The position numbers and the translations under genes were made by a program. Below are positions 13,398 to 20,000 of a stretch of 20,000 nt of DNA, in pieces. Below the pieces are notes generated by a model, which worked only from the letters and a program-made list of their open reading frames with translations, made no database searches and was not told the origin of the DNA. Within the stretch, counting starts at the first letter, position 1; each line of letters begins with the position of its first letter. The DNA is taken from NCBI GenBank assembly GCA_000182565.2, contig KQ257464.1; one strand, written 5' to 3'. This DNA is from Spizellomyces punctatus DAOM BR117. Its lineage: Eukaryota.

Positions 13398-14971
13398 CTA
13401 GGTATGTGCGTGGGTGTCGGATGATGTTACTGGCTCAGGATGTATCGATAGACGATGGACTTGACTCGACTCCAGATCCATGGCATCATAACTTTACAAG
13501 GAAGGATGAGCCATCGGTGGAACTTCTTCACATGAGCTAACGGCGATACCTTGGTTCTGCCGTCCGGCATAAGAGCCAGCTCCAATTCTTCCAACCGCTA
13601 CCCCGCGAGAAAGGATACAGGCTCGGCTCCTCATTCCCACGTGATGATCTCCCGTGCAGCATTGTTTGCTCGTGTACATGCTGCTTAAGTTGCTCATGTG
13701 TGGTAACTCCGTTACAACTTATGAACGTATGATAACACGACATTCCAACTACCGACCACCCAATGAGAAAGCAATACACCATGAGCACCAGATTCACCGG
13801 TTCGCGACGTATCGCCCACAAGAAACCACCTTCTTCGCTGTTGTCACTCCTTGTTCCATCTCGAGAAGTTTTAAGTAGCCCGGCAAGACTAAACGCAAAA
13901 ATATATAGTGCCAGGGCAGAACAACTGCATAGAAACGAATAGAAGTAGCGATAATTCCTCTTTCCCACACAGTTGGCCATCCACGGGCAGTCTAAATGGA
14001 AAAATGAATCCTCAACTAGTCCGTGAAGAGCGACATTGAATTTCCATGTACTTACGGTGGTCGTGATTATTCACGCAACGATCGCATGAACTGCAATGAC
14101 TAGCTCGAGCTGGCCGCCAAACGTGGCAGGTTGTGCAGTATTTTAACGTCATCGAGGTGTGGCCAATCTGCACTATACGAGGTTCTGGTGAATATATTGC
14201 CGTACGCTGTGCAGCGTTACTCGGTGTAATGAAAGGATAACTCCGGGGAAGTGATGTTGAGGAAGTTTGTGGCTGAGGTAACGAACCGGGGGGGTAAGAG
14301 ACGCTGGACTGCCCGATATTTGTGGGTTGATATGTATGGGACGGTGCGGGTGGGTGGGGCTCAAAGGCACCTGTTGAATCGGCGGTAACTTGAGGCTCAG
14401 GCTCTAAGTTCTTGGGGAGATACTGTACATCCATTGTATAAGCATTGAACATCAATAGCCCGTCCACATAGTTGAGCTTACTCCAGGATCACTGAAGCTG
14501 GTGCGAAACATTGAAGCCTTCGTAACTGCCCAAATCCATACAAACACTGCGATCACCGCTGCAGAGCCCTGACTGAACTGCGGGATTCTGATATGACAGC
14601 AAGAAAGGCATTGTTAGATATTCAATTTCGGGCTAAGAGCAGGCTGTTTACGCTGTTCGTAGCAGAGCAAGCACGTAACAGCCTTTCCCGTAGTATCGCT
14701 GAGCAAAAATGCATACATACACAAAGACGGAAAATAAAACGCAGGGCAAGGTGATCAACACTAGTCCGACGAAAAAAATGCCTCTATCCTTTCCGGTAAA
14801 GAATTTCGTCCAGTTCCACTTGCGTCGCTTGTTGGTTGTGGTGTCAGAAACCGTGGCCAGTCTCGTCTTAGAATCTTGATTTCTAACAGTGCGTATAGTA
14901 TCTGAGGGTGATTCTGCCCTGTCAATAGGGACACCCAGACTGGGGGTGTTTTGCCCGCCCACCGAGGCCAT
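13398..14971 (-). CDS. ERF2: DHHC protein S-palmitoyltransferase, Erf2/ZDHHC9-like, about 419 aa, 5 exons
   Basis: [51 protein letters not shown] and YPFSRG motifs. Exons 14971-14721, 14587-14482, 14422-14056, 13991-13550, 13491-13398. The last exon is inferred; without it the frame stops at 13537. The ERF2 subfamily call is by motif resemblance. Confidence 0.88.
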
Positions 14972-15272
14972 TGTACGCTACAGGATATTGTGACTGACGT
15001 GATCAGTTGGAGGGCGCTGAAGCCGTTCAGGTGGAAGTGCGCCTTGCATTGCGTCCGTGCTAAGCCTCTTAGGTGGATGGATGAACACATTGATTTGCAA
15101 GAAAACGTGAAAAATAACTACAATCTCTAACTTTCGGATGGTGTCTTCCCCTTCCCCACCAAACCACCCGCCGTCTAGATACGAAAAAATGAATCAAGGT
15201 TTGTTGGTAGTGCGCAACTATATAAAAAAAACATCGCCCCGGAGAACCACGTGTGCAGAGACAATCGCAACC

Positions 15273-16399
15273 TCATAGGATTGTGCATATCTTCTTTTTC
15301 TTCTGCTCGCTTGTACTTAGACCACCATCTTTCTGTTGTCGTATCATTCGAACGACATTATAAAAAGCTCTTTTGTCACATAGATGCCGGAAAGAAACCA
15401 ATGTGTACAGTGAGTAAGAAACGAAGATCCGCCGTCACTTCGACCACGGGCGATATCCAAAAACTACGTACTTGTCAACATTCAAGCAGGTTTTTGCACT
15501 GGTCTCGATAAAATCACATTTCAATCGTCTCGCCATCTGCTGTCCTTCCTCTTTGGAAACTTCACGCTCTGCTAACTTGTCGCACTTATTTCCCACCAGC
15601 ATTAAAGGTACCTGGGTGGCAGACCCAGTTAGCATAATGGCGCATTGTCAACAGACCGAAGCACTAGCGCACACCTTATCCATATCTTTTACCCGCGTGA
15701 TTTGCTGCTTAAATCTCTCCACACGTTCGAAGGTGCTTCGGGACGTTATAGAATATACAAGCAAAAATCCCTCCCCGTCCCGTATCCACTGGTCCCGTAA
15801 CCTGGTTTGGGAACAATTCGAGAGTGTTCATCAACGCCCAGAACCCATTTCGCACGAGCTTAAAGAGACCATTCAAACTTACGCTGTATATTCCTCCTGT
15901 CCCGCTGTATCTAGGACCTCCAGTATACAAGGCAATTCATCGATGACGACCTGCTTCCGATATGAATCTTCTATCGTTGGATCATATGTCTGCGACGGGC
16001 TGATGTTCAATTCAAAAGCTTGTTCCAAAGAGGGTTACAGCTGCAAACCTCACCTCTGTGGATATAAAGTGAGCAGCAATGGAGCCGTAAAGCAGTCAGA
16101 CGGAGCGCATTCTTTTGAAGTTTGGACTTGCATGCCCTAACAGAGCGTTAAACCTTCCACTTACCAACAAAATGGTTCAAGCACAACTATGAGTGACAAG
16201 TTCAGTTGGTACATGTCCAGTGGGGCCAGGTTTACACCCGTGGCTATAACATGAAGTCCTCACCTGTATAGTCAATGCTTAGAAAACGGAGATCAGATCC
16301 CACGACGCACAGGAGAGTAGCAACAATGAAGGGGCCTTTCCTCTTACCTGTCTTTCCCACGCCTCCGTCTCCGAGGACAACCAACCGATATAGAGTCAT
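15273..16399 (-). CDS. RAS2: Ras small GTPase, fungal Ras2/RasB type, 186 aa, 8 exons, C-terminal [13 protein letters not shown]
   Basis: [48 protein letters not shown] and ETSAK motifs. Exons 16399-16348, 16277-16264, 16186-16165, 16055-16054, 15989-15883, 15801-15675, 15611-15472, 15369-15273 sum to 561 nt. Confidence 0.95.
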
Positions 16400-17019
16400 T
16401 GCCTCTCCCCTGACGTTCCGTCCGGTGACGGTAATTGTGGTCCGCGGCGGGGTGTAAATACGTATTAGGGTCAATGAACGTCCGTCCGGCGGGGTTCCTT
16501 GCTTCTGGGCTGAAACCGTGGAGCAGCGGCACAGCGCGTCCAGTTGTCACAATGATCCAGGTTCCAACCTACGTCCAGGTGCCTGTGTCCCGAAGGTTGA
16601 TGTCCTTTCAAACATACAGGGTCGAAATGCGTCAATGCTGAAAGGAAAATAAACGCAAAATGGGAGAAGAAAATGAGTTGTGATTGAAGGACATGAGGCC
16701 TGCTCACTTTGTTCAAAGGCAGGACCACTGAAATAAAAGTAGACAGAATCCCTCATCTGACTGCATGGAAGTGATGATGGGGCCCCTTGCAACATCTGAT
16801 CCAAGGTGCTTGGGGACTTTCATGGCAAAAAAAGTTGCATGTAAAGGGGAAAAGTGCAGATCTCTCAGGGAAGCACACCACTAACAAGAAATCTAAAGCA
16901 GCAAAAAAAGGTCAACAATGTGAAGGTCAATCCATGCCCCAGATACAATTACTGCTCAGAAGTGGCTGAAAAGTAACATAGATAATCACATAAACAGTAG
17001 GACATTACTAACAAGACTT

Positions 17020-17119
17020 NNNNNNNNNNNNNNNNNNNNNNNNNNNNNNNNNNNNNNNNNNNNNNNNNNNNNNNNNNNNNNNNNNNNNNNNNNNNNNNNN
17101 NNNNNNNNNNNNNNNNNNN
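17020..17119. other. Assembly gap (100 N, probably a placeholder of unknown size)
   Basis: Run of exactly 100 N. Confidence 0.99.
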
Positions 17120-17855
17120 TCTAAGGTGGTGCTACCATGTAACAGGCTAGCAGGTGTAGCGAATGACTCTGGTAAACTTGGTTCACTCAAAGGCATCAGG
17201 TGACCATGATTGAGGTTTCCTCATTTACAACCTAAGCTTCGAAACACCTGAAATCATGTTTAGTTCTGGACTACACCAGCACAGCATGAAGGATACATTA
17301 CACGGCCATGATCGATCATGGCAATTGTTGGAAACAGGGAACTCAGATGCTGCCACCCTAATGAAGGTTACAGACACTAGTGTAGACATTACCATAGTGT
17401 ATTCTTGTATAAAAGAAAATTAAAAACAGAGATAACTCACAGCAGCAGCTAGACAGCCAGCCACGACTAGGCACCCAAAAAGGACAAGTCCAAGCAAAGC
17501 TAACTAGGTTAACAGGAACCCAACTGCACACACTGACAGACTGATCACCCAAAGGTTGTGCTGCAAATCCTGCTTGGTTCACTAACTGAATCTCCTTGCC
17601 TCTTGCCTCCAAATTCCCTGTTGGAAACCCCCTTTTAGGATTCTGAGACTATTCTGACAAGCACAGAACCTCATGATCCTGCTTGACCCAGTCTTAAATC
17701 TGCTACACAGGGACAAGAAGACAACAGAAAACTAGGGAAGACTTGGTTACTACTTGTTATTTTCCTCCTTTGAGGGGCCTCAGAGAGGTCCTCTTTTTAT
17801 AGACAAAGGGGCTGACAAATGCTATATCCTAATTACCCAATCAGATCTCACCCAC
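17120..17855 (-). mobile_element. Partial 5' LTR plus PBS of an LTR retrotransposon (family A, copy 1), interrupted by a solo LTR; internal region runs into the gap
   Basis: 17120-17154 and 17712-17855 are the reverse complement of about 19654-19828. On the minus strand the LTR ends ...TGTTACA (17138) and is followed by TGGTAGCACCAC. Confidence 0.8.
17155..17707 (+). mobile_element. 553-bp solo LTR (family B) with TGTAGC...GCTACA termini and 4-bp CAGG target-site duplication
   Basis: TG..CA ends with 6-bp terminal inverted repeats. CAGG at 17151-17154 and 17708-17711. The paralogous empty site at about 19794 has one CAGG equivalent. TATAAAAG at 17408 suggests plus orientation. Confidence 0.8.
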
Positions 17856-18648
17856 CCACCAAGTGATAGTACAAAGCAAGGTTGCCATGGTTTATGAACA
17901 TCCCAACCTTCCTAACTGTTTGGGTCTCTATGAACAATATCTGCATATTACTCTCTTTGTTGATACCCATCTTTGTGCTTGAATCTATGACTCCCAGTCC
18001 TCTGCAATATATAGAATAATACTTGTACCTCAGAAGCAGAAGCAGTGTCTACTACATATATACTACATGGTACCTTGTGGCACTAGGTGGTGGTGTAAAA
18101 TACTCAGGTGGTAGAGTCTTACAGTTAGGAAGTTCTGGAAGTGCAGGCAACAACAGGGTACATTGGTTAACATGAAGTTCTTAAAATTGAAGTATAGCAA
18201 TGTTATATTGAAAATTATAATTGCAGCAATTGAAGTATAGCAATATTATATTGGAAATTATAATTGCAGCACTAATGGTGATTATGTAACATTATATTAC
18301 AATATTATTGAGTCTGGGCACCCCTGCTTTGATTAAAGTCAGATATGAGGAAATTACTCCTACACAGATCAGCAGAATGTAGGTGCATATAGGAATAAGT
18401 AAAAAGGGCAGATTATGCTGGCAGCCAATATTTGTGAACATAAGGCTGTATATGGCTGAAAATGAAATGGACATATATATCATAATCTGAAGAGCAGAAA
18501 AACAAACCCATGCAGAGGGAGGCTGAAAAATACCTGGTATAAATGTAAAAAGAACTTTTTGTATACTATATATAATATATAAGTATTATCCCACCAAGTG
18601 ATAGTACAAAGCAAGGTTGCCATGGTTTATGAACATCCCAAGCCTTCC
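17855..18648. repeat. 52-bp perfect direct repeat (17855-17906 and 18590-18641)
   Basis: CCCACCAAGTGATAGTACAAAGCAAGGTTGCCATGGTTTATGAACATCCCAA occurs twice, each followed by (G)CCTTCC. Confidence 0.95.
18185..18271. repeat. 43-bp tandem duplication (2 copies)
   Basis: AATTGAAGTATAGCAATRTTATATTGRAAATTATAATTGCAGC x2 with two A/G differences. Confidence 0.95.
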
Positions 18649-19522
18649 AGGATTGAGTGTTGTTGGGGAAAGTCAAGATATAGGTGTTACCTACAACTAG
18701 ACTGGGTGCACCTGAGAGGTGGATAGCCATGTTAGAAGCTATGCCATCACTAGAGAATGTTTCTGGGGACTTTGTGTCAAAAGAGCAGTGAAAGAGTTGT
18801 ATTACAGAAAGGAAAAAATGGGGTCCTAAATATAGTACAGATCACATGATGACAACCTGATTTCAACCTCTAATTTTGGGCGCATAAAGCAACTAACTAA
18901 GAAAATGTTTTGACAAGCTTGTAGCGCGGATTTAGGGCTTTCTAGAACCATCTTGGTTTTGTTGATAAGTTAATAATTCACTAAGTTATTCAAGGTACCA
19001 TCCCATGGCAACTTCAATGAAATCAATCAATTAATTCCAACAAGTGTAGCAGCCAAGGATCAGTGTTCTAGGTGTTAGGCTCAATAGGGGATAACCCTTG
19101 ATACCTCTCCCCAATGATGTCAGCTTCAAATCTGGTTCTTAACAGCCAGACCAACTTCCATGTGGACCTACCCTTCATAGCCCTCCCATGACATAAGTGC
19201 TGTCTCACCTTAGCCCAACAACAGAAACCACTTAGCAGAGAGCAATTACATATCAGACACAGTGTTGAGATTCAGGCTTAAACCATGCTGTATGATCTAT
19301 AAAACATGTGAGATCATGCTGTGTGACAGAATTCTTCTGTCAGTGCTATGGTTATACTAGTTAGATGTGGTTCCAAACTAGTGGTCACATGACTTTGCTG
19401 ATGGTATCAGCATTCATTTGACCAGAATTAGATAAATAAGCAGATTTAGCCATTTCTGGCTAAATTAGATGAGTATTCTGACACACAGGCATCTGCCCCT
19501 TTCAATCAAGTGGCACAGTGTA

Positions 19523-19672
19523 TTTAGGATGACTTGCCTCACTTGTGATTGGCTCTAAATGGTGCAATAGGCTGACAAATAGTTTAGGATGACATGTATG
19601 AGGTCTGATTGGTTGCAAATGGTGCAATAGGCTGACAAATAGTTTAGGATGATGTGGGTGAGATCTGATTGG
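19523..19672. repeat. 60-bp tandem repeat (about 2.5 copies) in the presumed U3 region of the LTR
   Basis: Unit TTTAGGATGA...TGATTGG...AAATGGTGCAATAGGCTGACAAATAG repeats with period 60. Confidence 0.92.
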
Positions 19673-19810
19673 GTAGTTAGGATATAGCATTTGTCAGCCC
19701 CTTTGTCTATAAAAAGAGGACCTCTCTGAGGCCCCTCAAGAAAAATAACAAGTAGTAACCAAGTCTTCCCTAGTTTTCTGTTGTCTTCTTGTCCCTGCTA
19801 GCCTGTTGCA

Positions 19811-19822
19811 TGGTAGCACCAC
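19811..19822 (+). promoter_or_regulatory. Primer-binding site complementary to the tRNA-iMet 3' end
   Basis: TGGTAGC directly after the LTR-terminal CA is complementary to the ...GCUACCA 3' end of initiator tRNA. The same motif is at 17126-17137 on the minus strand. Confidence 0.7.
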
Positions 19823-20000
19823 CTTAGACAACAACCCCAGACTCTTGGACCTTCTGTGAGAGATCAGAAGCTAAGATCCCCAGACCCCCAGAACCTGCCC
19901 TAGACCTTCTGAGTAATATCAGAAGACCCCTGCCTCTTATCCCAGACCCAACTTATGCCCAGAACCCCGCTCAAGGACTCCTACAGACCAGCTCACACCA

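Larger units (their letters stand above)
19523..20000 (+). mobile_element. 5' LTR (3' part), PBS and leader of an LTR retrotransposon (family A, copy 2) running off the right edge; LTR start not determined
   Basis: ATTGG-containing repeats, TATAAAAAG at 19708, LTR end ...TGTTGCA at 19810, PBS TGGTAGCACCAC at 19811-19822. Near-identical inverted copy at 17120-17855. Confidence 0.75.

Noticed and set aside
15472-16140. 222-aa plus-strand ORF and other long antisense ORFs (e.g. 1995-2426, 7985-8338, 10556-10972)
   Set aside because: They are shadows of, or flank, well-supported opposite-strand genes, several use non-ATG starts, and none has recognisable motifs.
17008-17196. ORF spanning the N run
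   Set aside because: Artefact of translating through the assembly gap.
17881-19012. RFX X-box-like GTTGCCATGG / CCATGGCAAC motifs (17881, 18616, 19003)
   Set aside because: Incomplete matches inside repeat-derived DNA where CATG is inflated by CpG decay, and no adjacent ciliary gene.
19100-19210. Minus-strand LMSWEGYEG*..STWK resembling a decayed chromodomain
   Set aside because: Needs a stop and a frameshift, and the flanking residues do not fit. Too weak without a translated HMM search.
19523-19672. Possible CRISPR-like array
   Set aside because: Eukaryotic context, only about 2.5 units, the variable parts resemble each other rather than being unique spacers, and there are no cas genes. 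It is a tandem repeat in an LTR.
18285-19810. TGTAACA at 18285 as the 5' end of a 1.5-kb LTR ending TGTTRCA
   Set aside because: A 7-mer match only. No second full LTR or TSD in the window to confirm it.
16660-20000. Classical RIP
   Set aside because: CpA/TpG are abundant rather than depleted and the loss is specific to CpG, which fits methyl-CpG deamination better.

Overview
Gene-dense, intron-rich eukaryotic DNA, most likely an early-diverging fungus such as a chytrid (inferred from gene content and short GT-AG introns). Bases 1-16.4 kb hold eight complete spliced genes whose hand-built exon models all sum to intact frames: CDK1, a PRP38-family splicing factor, a small acidic orphan, an NHX1-type Na+/H+ exchanger, an orphan coiled-coil protein with a C-terminal RanBD/PH-like domain hidden by in-frame introns, argininosuccinate synthase, an Erf2/DHHC9-like palmitoyltransferase and a fungal Ras2. 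A partial gene lies at the left edge. From about 16,660 to the end the sequence is abruptly CpG-depleted and repeat-derived. It contains a 100-N gap, two outward-facing copies of one LTR each followed by a tRNA-iMet-type PBS, a 553-bp solo LTR nested in one copy with a 4-bp TSD, and several tandem/direct repeats. The most striking observations are an obligatory 2-nt micro-exon in Ras2, the cryptic RanBD-like orphan, and the nested CpG-decayed LTR cluster next to the Ras promoter. I found no evidence for a wholly new multi-gene system.
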